From Raja brachyura (Eukaryota), in NCBI GenBank assembly GCA_963514005.1, contig OY740798.1, forward strand, positions 39,060,001 to 39,124,000: a DNA stretch of 64,000 nucleotides, written 5' to 3'. The notes under the pieces are model-generated. The model was not told where the DNA came from. It worked only from the letters and a program-made list of their open reading frames with translations, and searched no databases. The position numbers were made by a program, and so were the translations under genes. How positions within the stretch are numbered: the first letter of the stretch is position 1; every line of letters begins with the position of its first letter. This document shows, piece after piece, positions 24,610-38,457 of the stretch.

Positions 24610-25285
24610 GTAAGTTGTATGCTTCAGTCAACATTTGAGACTGGGTTCTTTATTACATCTTACTCCTATTGAATTGGAATCTCTCAATCTTCATTGTCTT
24701 GCAAAATCTGATAAACTTCTATTTAAAGGGTTCCCAATTGGAAAGAATTACTTTGGACTCTGGTTAGATTTAATTTCAGAGATTGCTCCTGATTTAATGT
24801 TTGTTCAACTGATGAAGCAACATCACGACCCATAGATTGTCACCTGGTGATCCATAGTTTTGGCCTTGTTCCCTCCCTCTGAAAACACCTCCATTCCACC
24901 TCCTGGAAGTGAAGAAAAGTGAGAAGTTTTTGAAATATAATGCTCCTAAATCCCTTTCTGTGGTCAGCATCAGCAAACGTCTGTAAAAGCCCCAGCTAAA
25001 TGAATGTTCATACTGCCATTGGGAATACAGTTATGGCCTTGATTTGGCTGTTTGTATCCAGTATCATTACAGCAATTGGGAAAATGCTTTCATTTTCTAG
25101 CTTTCACTGTATGCAGTTTTGAAATGCACAATATTTCATCTTTATAGTGTTGGTGGGCTGCATTCTAGTGAAGCCGTTATCTTTGACAACGTAAAGCGAT
25201 CTTGACTGAAATCCTGTGCAGTCTATGATTAGGTTGTGGTCATCTTTTGTTTCGTGTAACCTTTTTCCTTTCCCTGATTTTTCAG

Positions 25286-25389
25286 GAGTGCCAAAAAATA
25301 AACAAGCAGAAACCATGGCTCAGATGATTCAGACCCTGCCTACAGATAACTATACGGTGCTGCAATACTTGCTGATCTTCTTGCACACG
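25286..25389 (+). CDS. ARHGAP1: ARHGAP1 exon (VPKNKQAETMAQMIQTLPTDNYTVLQYLLIFLHT)
   Basis: ttcag|GA...ACG|gtgagt, 104 nt, LP..NY.VL..L..FL motif. Confidence 0.94.
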
Positions 25390-26124
25390 GTGAGTTGCTG
25401 GCCTTGCCATCTTGCTTCCATTCCTGTTTGAGTGCGTGCGTGTGCGTGTTGAGACACACACGGGTGAAATCAGCCTACACGCTCTTGCCACTCTCTCGTA
25501 CTCGGCCCCCTCCCTAATCCCATTCTCCCTACCGCAGTCTCCTCAATCCCCCTCCCCCTCAGCTGCCTGTCACTTCACGCTAAATAGTCTACACAGGCGT
25601 TACAAATGTTATTCTCTCTCACCAATTGCTCACCCCCTACACACTCTTCATGTTGTCAGGAATAGTTGAGAAGCTAAGCAATGTATGTCATTGTTGAAAA
25701 TATTTAAAAATTGAGCCTTGAGTACTGAACTTTGGAAGCTTAAAGTTAATGCGGAAACCTTTAGCATCAATATAAAAACAGCCATTACATTCCAGATGCT
25801 GCTTTGTGTTTAACATATTTAATTACATTCTAATTATATTAAATGTATTCAATATTTACCTGGGACTTGGTACTGGTTTCAAGATATTCTGTTTAGTCTT
25901 CTAAGAGAAGTGGGATTTTGTTGTGACCTATTCAACCCATTTACACTTACACCTAAATTATTGCCTGCAATCTCCAAACTGTCATCAGAATGTGGCATAT
26001 GTAATCATTTTCTAAGAACACAAGCACGGTGAAAGTTTGATAGCACATTTAGAAACAGTTTTAGCTACCTGTATTTGACACTTTGTCTCTAAAAAGTATA
26101 GTTGGAGAACTGACAACTAGTTAC

Positions 26125-26345
26125 ATTGCAGGAGTTGTAGATGGAGCCCATTACACAGACCAGACTCCCCACCATTGACTCCTCCTAAACTTCACGGTGC
26201 CTCGGAAAAGCAGCCAACATAATCAAATACTTTTCTGCCCAAGTCATTCCTCCTTCTCCCTGCTCCCGTCTGGCTGAAGAGCTGGAAAGCGCGCACCATT
26301 AGATTCAGGAACAGCTTCTCCCCCTCCGATATCAGGCTTCTGAAT
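26125..26345 (+). mobile_element. Rex1-like LINE 3' coding fragment
   Basis: Encodes LPTID...RCLGKAANII...SLLPSG...RFRNSF..IRLLN-like remnants matching the C-terminus of the 6182 ORF. Confidence 0.7.
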
Positions 26346-27607
26346 TGAAGGGAAAGAAAGATTGTTTGTAAGCATACAGATGATATAATTATAGTTCACA
26401 GACAATGGTTCTAGATACACAGATCACTATCGGTAGTGATGCAGGTTAACAAGGCCATAGGAAAGAGTCAACTCAGCACTACGGTTCATTTTTAAATGGG
26501 GAAAGTAGAGAAATTGTGTGAATTTGCATTGGAGACACAGTGCTGTTTGCTAAATTATAAAGTAGATATTTAGGCACTATTCCAAAAGATTGAGATAATG
26601 TACACTAGTGTGGCAATTGGAAAAGATGACCGACGGACCTATAAAATTTTGAAAAATTGTGGTAGGGTATGGACAATGGGAAGATCAAAACGTGATTTCA
26701 TAAATTGATAATTCTAATTGACTACCCACAATGGATTTTATAGTCTTGAGCTATGTGAAAGTTAGTGGAAATATACTTTTACAGTACGTATGAAGTGACA
26801 GTGAATTTGCAATGTGGTGAGGACTATGTACTCTGGGTTAATAATGGTGGGATCATTATTGGTCTAGTGTTCAAACAGCACTTTGACGTGTACTGGAAGA
26901 CTTGTGAGGATTAGGGCTACAAACGCATTGCTGGGAAGCTCCCTTTCTAGCAGTGTGGATGTGGCTAAATGTTCTCTTTCTGTATTGTAATGTTTCCCTG
27001 CGACCCCCTACATCCTTCAAAGCTCCCGATGTTCCCCGGAGGAGGTTAGGGATCAGAATAGGGGCCACGGAAGGATTTGAACTTGAGCATAACAGCTTCA
27101 AATTCATGCATGACTGCTGTGCCTGAGCTATTAAATAAATGAGACCGTATGTGTGAGGACACAGACCGTCAGGTTTTGGATTGTGTAAAATGGAAGACCA
27201 ATCAGATGACTGTCGGAATGTTCAAGTCTAGAAGTGACAAAAGCATGGATGGGGTTTGGAGTTGAGCAGTGTTGAGTGTTGTCACAATAAACCCAGTGGG
27301 TGAAAAGTTCCCCTCCATTATTAATTACTATGAGTTCTAGTTTTCAGGGGAGTAATCCCTTGCTGTCCAGTCATTGGCAGTGGCCTTTGTTTCAAAGAAA
27401 ACACCTCTAGCCTCTCCAAGCTTGTTTCTGAGCCATAATTTGGCAGCATTCTCACAAGTACGGTCTGATTAAATGCCTACCTGGTACCAAAGTGAATGCA
27501 GTTACAATGTCTGAAACTGCAGAGATTTACTCGGTTTAAGGAGTAAAGTCCCTCCCAGATGCCTGGTTTATTAACATAACTGCATTGTGTTTCCTCTCTG
27601 CTTCTAG

Positions 27608-27781
27608 GTTGCTGACAACAGTGAACTGAATAAAATGACGCCCAGCAACCTGGCCCTTGTGTTTGGGCCCACACTCATGTGGGCAAAGGATGCCGCAATT
27701 TCACTCAGTGCCATCAACCCCATTAATTACTTTGCTCAATCACTTCTGTTAAATTATAATGCGATTTTCTGCCAAATGTGA
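27608..27781 (+). CDS. ARHGAP1: ARHGAP1 last coding exon (VADNSELNKMTPSNLALVFGPTLMWAKDAAISLSAINPINYF...FCQM*)
   Basis: ttctag|GTT, 58 codons to TGA at 27779-27781. WAKDAAI.L.AINPIN is ARHGAP1-type rather than ARHGAP8-type. Confidence 0.95.
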   Translation, partial: VADNSELNKMTPSNLALVFGPTLMWAKDAAISLSAINPINYFAQSLLLNYNAIFCQM

Positions 27782-30700
27782 CAATGTCTTAAACCACAGG
27801 AGTCAAATCAGGCGTCTCTCGCTCTCTCTCTAAATGTTTATGACAATGTACCTGTGTGCAGCACCGCACAGGAGAGAAATTAAAGGTGCACCCTTTCAGC
27901 CAGGGTTGGGGATTACATGTCTTTACACTGCTTTGAGTGGAGTGTGTGTGCAGTATAAATCTCCATGAACCCGGGGCTGGATTCCCTGGTTGTTGTCATT
28001 CATTTGTATACCCAAGAATCAGGATTGCAGTTGGAGTGCTTGAAGCGTTTTCTTTCCATTGTACGCGTGCTTGACTTCTACAGTTTTAAATTTTGTACGT
28101 TTCTCTTTCCCATCCGCCTCAGTACTTTCTGAACTTTTAAAAGAATTTTCAAAAAATAATGGAATATTTATAACTAATTTCTATTGTTGGGATATTTTTA
28201 TGCTGATCGCTTTGAAACCAATCAAACCAACCAATACATGTTTGTGTAGAATGTAGACTTGCTTTTTTATATGCTGGGCAATGTTACTGTCCCACTCTTA
28301 AACATTCTTGATTCCTTTGTGTGACCAAAATATTTTCTGTAACTATTTTGTGATGGTGCAGTGTTGAGAGTTTGGAAAAAAAAAGGTATATTTTGCTTTT
28401 TAATTCTCTTTGATTCAGGGAGAGGCCAATCCATTCCTTAAACTAGATTTTAAATATAATTTTGTTTTGAAGTGCACGCTGACTTAGTAAAAATAGATGA
28501 ATAGAAATAGTTCAAATGAAAATGCCAATGTCAAAAGAGTTTGCTTGAACAATGCTGACAATCTTAATATTGTTGTGCATTTTCATTGGTTTTAACAATT
28601 TTTACTTCAGTGCTTTGTTATATCTAAAGAGGAAGTCTGTCCATCACCTTTCCATCACGATGGGATCTAGCTTGACCAGAGCAGGTGAGATGAGCAAAAG
28701 GGAATTTGCATTATCCAAGTGCTTACATTCTCATGGGATATTTCAGTGGCATGTGTTTTTATCTGTGGTATTAAACTCTGCAGTCAAGTCTGGAGATTTG
28801 TTTCTAAAAATGGCCTGAATTGTACCCAATCTGGCACTCCAGAATATACAGGACATTTATATAATTCCCCCCATTTGAAAGATGAGAATCTTGCTATGTG
28901 CATTAATTGTAAGTGACTATGTGTTAATGTATGTAGCACTGATTGCACTCCTCAATGGCATTGTACTACAGATGTGAAATTACTGGGAATACATGTTTTT
29001 GCTATTCTGTCTTTGGTGTTCATTGTTTTGAAAGAGGAAAACAATATTATTGTCGTTAATAGACCTTTGATAGTGATCTTACCTTTAAATATTGTGGATT
29101 TATTGGCTTTCATTTCAGGCCCAATTAGTAAATTGTTGTTCTTAATGCAAAATCATTCAAAGTATGCAACCCAGCATTTTATTCAGGAAAGCATTTCTCA
29201 AATGTAATATGAATTGGCTGCTTTTAAAATATTTTTTTCATGGAAACCATTTAACTAATAATTGGCCGTTTTATGCCATATGGCAAATTAATCAACGCAT
29301 GAAATCACAAATCTTGCAGTCAATGTATTTGTAAAATATTAAGCAGAGAGAAATGCTGTGTCATAAGCTCATAGCTTCACAAGGTAGGACTTGGGAGCTA
29401 AGGTCATCCTCGAGCAGAGGAGAAATTTAGGCGCTCATTTTTTGAAGGAAATCTCAATATCTAATGGTGTAGATTTAATGCCTCAAAACTATCAGTATTA
29501 CATGACTATCATTGTCTTTTTGATGACGAGCTGAATTTTTGTTGTGGTGCATATCTAATTAACATATCAGTAACAGTGGGATCTATTGACCTCTTAAAGT
29601 CCCCCATGTCCTTTGTGATATTTGCTCTTGGGATCAGTGCAGTCAAGTGGAAATTGTTCATGTTGGTTTGGACAATGAATTGTGGTTGACTATTGGTCTG
29701 AGGTGGCATCACAGTCTTCTAGATAATCAAGCATGTTCCCAGCAAAGGTTGATAGCTTGTGCTTTAAAGTGGGAAGCTGGTAGCTCCTCCCATCCACCCC
29801 CTGGTGAAATTAGACATTTAAAAACAATAGTTAAAACACTTAGTTGTATGGAAGTCTGAATATATTTTGTTTCATTTCACTTAAATGTTATTACCCGACT
29901 GACTCGTGTTCCGAATCTGATCCAGGTTTGAATGAGCCACTTTGCATAATGAGCAAACAATTCCTATATGCCTGGATTGGTAATGTTCCACGCTGAGGCA
30001 TCTAATAATAGGGGTGGAAGCTCCACATTATCATCAAATATTGCCATCTTCCGCAGGTATAGGTTAGCAAATGTGAAGTGAAAAGGGAAATGGAGCATTT
30101 ATCAGAAGCGTTGCGTGAGCTGATAAATTGGAAGTGTAGGATTGCACAAACAGCAAATTTACTTAGAAAACTATTTAGATAAAAAGAAACTAACTACACT
30201 GACTTCCAATAAAAACAGGACAGTAGGATGCCAATGTATTATGTGATGCCAATCTCATCTACAACACTAGGGGCAACAAAGTTGGTGAATCAAAGTTACC
30301 TGGCTATATTATACTTTGTGCTTTCAAAAAGAATGTTGTCCTTGATGTCTCACCTTTGAGTGGAAGTGATTTTTGTTTTGCTTTGTATGATTGTTTAGTT
30401 TGTGAAATAAGGTGCTGCTGCAGCAGCAGGTGCTTGCATTATTCTAGGAGCATGGTGTTAGTGATGCTCGAGTTTTCTCACGTTATCGAGTGCACTGCTT
30501 TTGCAACTAGTTGTTTACTCCGTGAGACATCTTTATCAGGGATATCAGTCGCCAATAAATGAAATAGATTCTTCCTTTCTGAGACTTTGCCATGCGTAAG
30601 ACAATCATCTTTGAGATAAATTCCAATTAATCCTAATTGCCACCAAACATTCCCATAATAGAAAAGTACATGCATGGAATGGCCTGAAACATTTTAATGC

Positions 30701-30844
30701 CATTAGTGCAACCATGCAGGGACAGAGAGTGTCCACAGATTTCATTGTGATCTCGCTCATACCTGTATTTGGTTCATTCTACTTTAGAGAATTTGTAGTT
30801 TGATGTTTTGTTCTTATTTTGCAAAACTGGAGTCATTTGTCTCT

Positions 30845-30936
30845 GAAGGAAAGACACAAAATGTTGGAGTAACTCAGCAGGTCATCCAGCATCCCTGGGG
30901 AATAGGTGACGTTTCGGATCACGACCCATCATCAGA
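30845..30936 (-). mobile_element. Penelope terminus with a hammerhead-like core
   Basis: The minus strand reads CUGAUGA-U-GGGU(CGUG)AUCC-GAAACGUC (30935-30908). Stem I is not supported. Confidence 0.7.
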
Positions 30937-32345
30937 AGGAAGTCAATTGATCGACGTGTCAATGCTGGAGTTTCAGAAACATGCTTGGATGGATGAATAG
31001 ATGGTTTATACTTTTGCAGCTGGCAGTACAAGTGAGGACATGAACTGCAAATGGGGGTGAGTGGAATAATGGAGAGAGAATGTTCTTTCTGATGGAGTGG
31101 GTGCAGCCCTGCTGTAGGAATCTCGTAAAGAAGCTCCTTGCCTGATGGACCATATGGATTGACAATCAGTCACTGGAAAAGTCCTAACCTATCATAAACC
31201 AGGTTATTCACAATATATGAATATTGTGTATATGGGCATTCATGGCCCCAAAAGTGGTGGAGAATGGTAACATTAAAGAAAGCATATTTAGGCAATGTTT
31301 ATCCTTCAGACACATGCTTCTATTATAATTGCATGGTCATGTGAATCGGGGACCTGAGGTGAGATCTGCTTTTGGTGAAGAAAATGACTGTGATTAATGC
31401 TTATACAACTGACGTACTCATGAGTCATTCAAATCAAACTCTGACCAAATAAAGGAAAGGTGTAACCAGAATCCGAAGTTCTAAGGACAATGATATGGAG
31501 AGTGGGCACTCATGTGACAGCTTGTTTCCATTTGCAGCACTGTAAATACCAGTGATGCAAGGAAAATCTTTTTGTACCACATTAGAGGCGAGTATGCAGT
31601 GGGTTTGGGTCCATTTTTAATTAACCCACGATCTTCAATGTTAGCTTTCCACTTCTTAACATACTCATTCTGTAATTTTTCCATCCTATTGAGATATATT
31701 TGTGTCTTTGGACATTTAAATCTATTACTTTATACAAGTTTCTGTGTTTATCAGTGATGGAAACATTATTACGATTTTGTAGCAGGAGTATATCACATCT
31801 GAGAGTTATTTTAATGAACAGAATGATTAATCCTGCTTTCATATGTAATATTTTGCTCATACTGCTTTTAACTGTGTTAGTAAAAAAATAACTTGTATTG
31901 TTTCCTGTGCATCTCCTCTCATCAACATTTCTAGTGCCTATTCATCACCTACAGTTTGTGGGTGGATGTTAATGTGAGAATTTTTTTAAGTAAAGTGGAA
32001 AAGTTATAAAGTTTTTTTTGTATATAATCACATCCCATTTTATCCTCATCTCATAAAATATCTAGTTTTTCTTGTCATTGACCATTTTAATGTCTTTTTT
32101 TGGTAATGTTTAAAGTTGTAACAAGTTATTTTTCAGTCATTCCTAAATATTGTCAATCCGTCAGGGCAGGATCTGATCAAATCAAAATTCATAAAATGCA
32201 ACACCCCTTTTCAAAGCATTATTATTAAATTGAAATAATTCAGTCTCTTAAGGAATAGACTTGAGATTTAATGCACACCAATAACTATCGCAAGAAAATT
32301 AGATAAAGGATGCTGTTTTCAGATGCTCAGAAAAACTGCTAGGCA

Positions 32346-33092
32346 CAGTGCCCTCCATAATGTTTGGTACAAAGACCCATCATTTATTTATTGGCCTCTG
32401 TAATCCATAATTTGAAATTTGTAATAGAAAAAATCACATGTGGTTAAAGTGCACATTGTCAGATTTTAATAAAGGCAATTTTTTATACATTTTGGTTTCA
32501 CCATGTAGAAATTATAGCAGTGTTTATACATAGTCCCCCCCATTTCAGGGCACCATGATGTTTGGGACAGCAATGTCATGTAAATGAAAGTAGTTATGTT
32601 TAGTATTGTGTTGCATGTAATGACTGCTTGAAGGTTGCGATTCATGGACATCACCAGTTGCTGGGTCTCTTCTCTTGTTATGCATCCATCTTAAGCTTAT
32701 GCTTGTTTTGGCGGCTAGTCCCCTTCAGTTTTCTCTTCAGCATATAAAAGGCATGCTCAATTGGGTTCAGATCTGGTTATTGACTTGGCCACTCAAGAAT
32801 TGACAATTTTTTAGCTTTGAAAAACTCCTTTGTTGCTTTAGCAGTATCTTTGGGATCATTGTCATGCTGTCAAATGAACCGCCGGCCAATTAGTTTTGAG
32901 GCATTTGTTTGAGCAGATAGGATGTGTCCACACTTCAGAGTTCATTATGCTATAAAAATTGCCTTTATTAAAAAATCTGACAATGTGCGCTTTAACCACA
33001 TGTAATTTTTTTTTAACAAATCTCAAATTGTGGAGTACAAAGGCAAATAAATAAATGATTGGTCTTTGTCCCAAACATTATGGAGGGCACTG
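32346..33092. mobile_element. Non-autonomous Tc1-type element
   Basis: TIR CAGTGCCCTCCATAATGTTTGG at both ends with long inverted arms and an inner direct repeat. The flanking TA is mutated (CA/TG). Confidence 0.88.
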
Positions 33093-33247
33093 TGGAGCTA
33101 CGTGGTTTTCTTATTTTGCTTGTATTGAATGAGCTAGGTTTTTTTTTAAAACCTCATTGACAGAAAATGACAATCGTTCCAACCATATTATTAAGGTATT
33201 GTGTGTGACCATGGGGATTGGTAGTCTGCCTTGCTTTCGGCCACTTC

Positions 33248-33410
33248 AGGGCCTGTCCCATTTGCGCGTCACCCAGCTGGCAAGCGAGGATTTTGAGAAT
33301 CCCAAAATCCTGGGGCGCTGCGCGCCACTGCCTAAGCTGCCATGCACACGTTCCACGTAAATGATGTCGCGTAAATGACGCACAAATAACGCCCAAATGG
33401 GACAGGCCCG
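33248..33410. mobile_element. Short Harbinger-type MITE (same TIR family as 19522)
   Basis: AGGGCCTGTCCCATTTG...CAAATGGGACAGGCCCG, flanked by TTC and TTA. Confidence 0.8.
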
Positions 33411-33469
33411 TTACTATCTAAGCAGTTTTAAACCTGCTCTACAAAATTCGTCAAATTGTTTTCAGAAAA

Positions 33470-33637
33470 CAAATTAAACTAAGTTCCTGCCTAACCCCGT
33501 GAATGGTAAAAGATTTAAGAAAACTACAGGAGCATTCAGATTCCACAGGTCTGGTCCACAGAATCAGAAACCGATCCTGCAGTTTTCTTAAATCTTTTAC
33601 CATTCAAGGGGCTAGGCAGCAATTTAGTTTTAAATTG
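33470..33637. repeat. Long imperfect palindrome (~75-bp arms)
   Basis: ctgcctaaccccgtgaatggtaaaagatttaagaaaactacagga pairs with tcctgcagttttcttaaatcttttaccattcaaggggctaggcag (3 mismatches in 45 bp), and the pairing extends outward and inward. Confidence 0.85.
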
Positions 33638-34676
33638 TGGATGGGGGCGGAGGGGAATGTGGGCACTGAAACTAAATATGTTTTCTGTATAGCCAGTAGT
33701 TGCCCAGTGCTTTAGGAAAGCCGGAAGTCATGGAATATATAAATGCAGCTTTTTAAGCAGAATGTTACAGTTGCCTTTTTCTTGCTCCAACTGGTATATA
33801 TTTTGGACTGCAATGAAGATCGACCTGATCGAATTCCACATACAAGCTTGAAAAAGTAGGTCAAGAGCACCATTCCTCATCTTTTCCATACCAATGTGGT
33901 TGGTGCTTTATTTCCTTTTGGGCACATCCATTTCAGCAACATGATTCCTGTATAAACTGCAAGTTGTTATCTGTATTTGTAAGATACTGTATAAATGAAC
34001 TGACTTTTTTTCTTCTCTGTAAATCCTTCCTGCTCTCTTATATTCTCTAGATTTTTTAATTTAAAGTTCAAGTCCACTTGCATTTAATTGTTTTTAATTT
34101 GGATAATAATATCTGAAATATTTCTTTATACATACCAACTTTGTTGACATGGTTCTCTGGTAATATTGCTCCATGTCAACCACTGCATATGTTGCCTAAT
34201 TAAATTGCCTTATTTGTAGTGTTATTGGTTTAATTTTCAATGTAGCAAAGTATATAGGTCCTGACCCAGTTAGGACAGCAAAACACAAGGAGTACTTTAA
34301 CAAGATTCTTTCCTCCACCCAGGTCCCTCTTCCTGTCACGTGGTACATTGTGCCGTTAGTGCTCTAAGAAAATAAAATTAATTCATCCTGTCCTCACTAT
34401 AGGTAGAAAAACAACCACCTTGTTTGAGCATAATGAAAATCCTATTAGTAAAATTGTTATAAAGTGTAGCATATGGTTTATCCTTTATTGTAATATGTTC
34501 ACAATGAATACAGGCACTAAATCTCATTTTCACAGCTTTATGTTGAAATTATGTAAATTGAATTATATCTGTACAGCTGGGTGGTTGTAGGGTATGTGGG
34601 CAGGGTCACTGGTTGGGTGACCTCAATCACATTATGTAGTTTGTGTTTATAATGTAATGGTCAAACTGAACTTTCA

Positions 34677-34705
34677 AATAAAATGCAAATTATCATGTAA
34701 ATAAA
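34677..34705 (+). terminator. Candidate distal poly(A) signals of ARHGAP1
   Basis: AATAAA at 34677 and 34700 follows a TGTA/U-rich region and precedes T-rich sequence. Other AATAAA sites exist upstream (~30208, ~30555, ~31449). Confidence 0.4.
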
Positions 34706-35855
34706 CCTTGCAGGTTTTTTGCATCTGATCGAAGAACCAGTTGCACATGTTTTTTTAACTCCATTAAATTAAACAACATTGAGAAGGAATCAGCTTAAAG
34801 TAACATTTCAAAGTGACCTGCTATGTGGCAGTATATTTGCCAGTGGAGAATCACTGAGGCTTGGGTAATGGATCTAATGATTGTGTTTTTGTGACTTATT
34901 TATACACAAATCATTCTCCACACACCTTTGGTCTAACCATAGAACTCAAATTAGAAACCAAGGTATTGTATTGCTTTAAGCAGCTGACAGGCTCAAACTT
35001 TGGATTATTATTTAAATCAGAAATGTATGGAAGGTGATGGATATAGAATTTAGGTATTGGATATATAATTTAGGTATATCTACAAAGAGAGAGCGAGCAA
35101 TGTGTTCCTTGTATGATTCAACTGCCGCATACTTGGCATTGAACCTCTTCAAATGCTTCTGTTGGCCATTGCTAAAACTACACTACCCCCTGGTTTCCTG
35201 GAGTCAGCAGTATATATTTTTTGGTTGTGCCATCAGAAAGCATCAATGCTCGAAGAAAGCAATTCTGTGCCAGTGTTGCAACCAACCTGTATTGCATTGG
35301 AAAAACTAAGATACCTCAAATTCTACCATATACGCTGCAAATTAAATGTTCAAATCAAACTGCACATAAGACAGGCAAAAAAGAAAACGGAATGTCAAAG
35401 TTAAGGAATTCAAAATAATAGAATTATGAAAACATAAACCCAGAAGGCCAATCACTCCATTCTATCACTGTCCATCTTATTCTTTGAGAGAACTATTCAA
35501 TTCCACATCATTGCTAAAAATTTTGGAAGAGAAGAATTAACAACTCAAAAGCAGTGGAAAGAGCTAAAGAAAGGTTACATAAATGACAATTAGTGACAGC
35601 ACAGGAGACTATCCATATTGATTTGACTGAACACAAACATAGTTTGCATTTGAAGCACAAAATCCCAGGAATCGGAAGTGAGGCTACTTTTTTTTGTGGA
35701 ACATTCACCATCCTTTCAATATTCCTAGTGCACAGTAGAAAACCTGCGGTGTAATCCCACCATCATCACAGTAGCGGGGAAAGCAATTACTCCAAAACAA
35801 TTACAATTATAAACAAAGGTGCCGAAGCTGTGCTGGATTGTAATTTCCAGTAAAA

Positions 35856-35861
35856 TTTATT
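35856..35861 (-). terminator. Candidate distal poly(A) signal of PHF21A
   Basis: AATAAA on - at the end of a block that is U/UGUA-rich on the minus strand (35860-36600). Confidence 0.4.
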
Positions 35862-38457
35862 TTGGCCACCATTTCCTCAGGAAAAAAAACATGAAAAAAG
35901 AAACAAACCAGAATTTGTCATCCTAAAAAATATTTCTGCTGGTTCAGACTTGCATCATACAAAAAGACATGGTCAAAACAGTCCAAAAAGCATTGTGTAC
36001 AATCTTTACTTAGCAAAGAATAAAATAAATACATTGTTCCAAAAGATTTCAGATGCATCAAGAGTTTTGTCCTTTTTTGTTTTTAACTACAGCTAATATC
36101 TAGATACATCACAAATTAAAAATCACAATGGCTTTGAAACCAAGGGGAGAAGTGAGTAAATAAAACTTTTAAACTGCTAGAATGAAAATTATTTAGCACA
36201 GGATCTTGGACAAACAATATTAAAAAACATTTACAATAAAAAAAGCCTGTTGAGTTTGCAGTTCTCTATCAAACCAACTTGCCGGGGGGGGGGGGAGATA
36301 AACCTATACAATTTCAAAAAACTCAACACCACTATCTTACAATAAAATAAAACACTGATATTGAACCAGTGTAATGATATTTTACACAAACTGCAGCACA
36401 TTCACAAAGTTGTAGTGTTTGCTTTGCCCTCATAGACTATTATGTGGTGACACTTTGTTTAATTATCTGCATTAAATCTGGAAGCATCGGGCAAATAAAC
36501 AATCATTTTTGCTCATATTGTTTTCCTGTTTCATTTTGATTACTTTCCCCTCTATATTAACACAATAATGCAAAAGTACTGTGCATGAGGTAAGAGACTT
36601 TGTTTTTAAACAAACACAATGTAAACAGTTAATACCCTTTGTAGGGGATTGCTATCCATAAAATCATTCTCAATCTGCTGCTTGAAGGATAATCAACTCT
36701 TAAAAATGCTGCCAGCGATTCCTACCATCGTTTGAAACCTCCATAATTAAAAATTAATTCACCCAATGTGATATTTTGTTGAGAAGGTATTATTAGACAC
36801 TGCCAAATAAGTTTAAACAAAAATCTCAATTCATGCAAATTATTTTTCATTCAGGGATCACTAGGGTACCTTATTACCACAAAGACAATTAGTTGGCTGT
36901 TTGGTTTAGCAAACAGGATGGATTGCCACATTAGTTAAGGTCACTATCAACATTTTTAGTTATCCAAACAAATGTTCCATAAAGCATGGTTTCCCTCTCG
37001 CAGCCCACTGCCACCAGAGACCAGGTCAATGATCAAATCCTGGAATATGCCCAAGCCAGGAGTTCAGGTTGGGTTGAATGAGCTCATTCCAGATTGGTGT
37101 ATTAAAATACACATTTGATAGGAAGAATGCGAGAAAAAAAATCATGGTTTGTGTTTCCATTGTCTTATGAAAAAATTTTAATCAGGCTTCTTTTCCTGGA
37201 TAAAGGTTGCTCCAGTATATATGCATATGCTATCAAGTTTCTATGCATGACAAGATCAGCATCCCCTAGATCATGCAGAAAGATGGCAATTGTGGAACAT
37301 TATCCTCAATAAATTCAGCATCGGAAGCAAACAAAATGCAGAAGTTTTTTTGTTTAATGAAGTTGTGGACTGTGGTGATAGTTAGGTTAGTTAGTTTATT
37401 TGAAGTATTTGTTCAATTGTTCTTCTGCAGGCTGGGAATTACTTCTTTGTATCGATTGTATTCTAAATAGGTTCAAACAGGAAAATGATGGTGAAAAGTA
37501 ACTCCAATTGACCATAAAAATGTAACTTTTCAGATTTAATTTAGTAGTCTAGAGAACCACAAAGATGAAAAAGTGCATGGGTGATTTTGAAAACATTTTC
37601 TTTTCAGTTAAATTGCAAAGCCTTTTGTTCATTTCAGAATCTACAGAGAGCCCCTGTGAAGTTGTTTCAGGCTGCACAAATCTGAAGCTGAATGCCAGCA
37701 GAAGCCAAATTAAATGTCCCCCCATGAAGCATAATCTATCAAAAGTGGATGGAAAAATACCTAATAACAAAATAATTTAAATTGAAAAAATGTATCTTTT
37801 GCTTTCTTCTCACTCTTTATAGTAAACAGATGTAATACTGATGCTGGTTTCATCTTAATTCCAGTCTATAGAACTTCACTTGCTGCAAACTCTTATGTTT
37901 ACAAATTTAAGATTCTCAATAAGTAAGGAGCAGGCAATGAGACAATGTACCTAGATCTCTGACAATAACAGTCATTCACATTTAATATACTATTGATTTC
38001 GCTCAGTGCAGTACTGGTTTCTGTCCTGCCAAGCTCAAACACACACGAGAATGATTTGTTTATTCACGTTCACTTTGGTAACTACACCATTAACTTTTCA
38101 GAGCATTAGCCATTAACACGGTTGGCTGTGTGCTATCAGCTTTTAAAACTTTTTCTACAAGTTAAAAAAAAATCACATTGTATCCTTTAAAATAATGCTT
38201 AAATGGAACACAGTATCCAGTGTTATTTTTCTGCCAGAGAACTTCCACTGGTATCACACCTTACCCAAATCTGTATCAAGTGAGTTCAGCAAACAAGGAC
38301 TGGAAGTTTTCACTTTGGTTCTTGATGAATGAACAGGTTAATAATATCACCTCTGCACAATATCTCACTCTGCATCAGGCAAAAAGACAGACAGGAATCA
38401 TACTCTCCTGCCTCCCAATACGCGATGTTCTGCTACATCACAGAATCTGTGGTATGT

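Noticed and set aside
27767-27781. C-terminal FCQM* of ARHGAP1 as a prenylation signal
   Set aside because: The Cys is third from the end, so it is neither CaaX nor CC/CXC.
575-27781. Calling the genes ARHGAP8/PHF21B because of human adjacency
   Set aside because: The peptides (WAKDAAI...INPIN; [12 protein letters not shown]; the AT-hook exon) match recalled ARHGAP1 and PHF21A far better.
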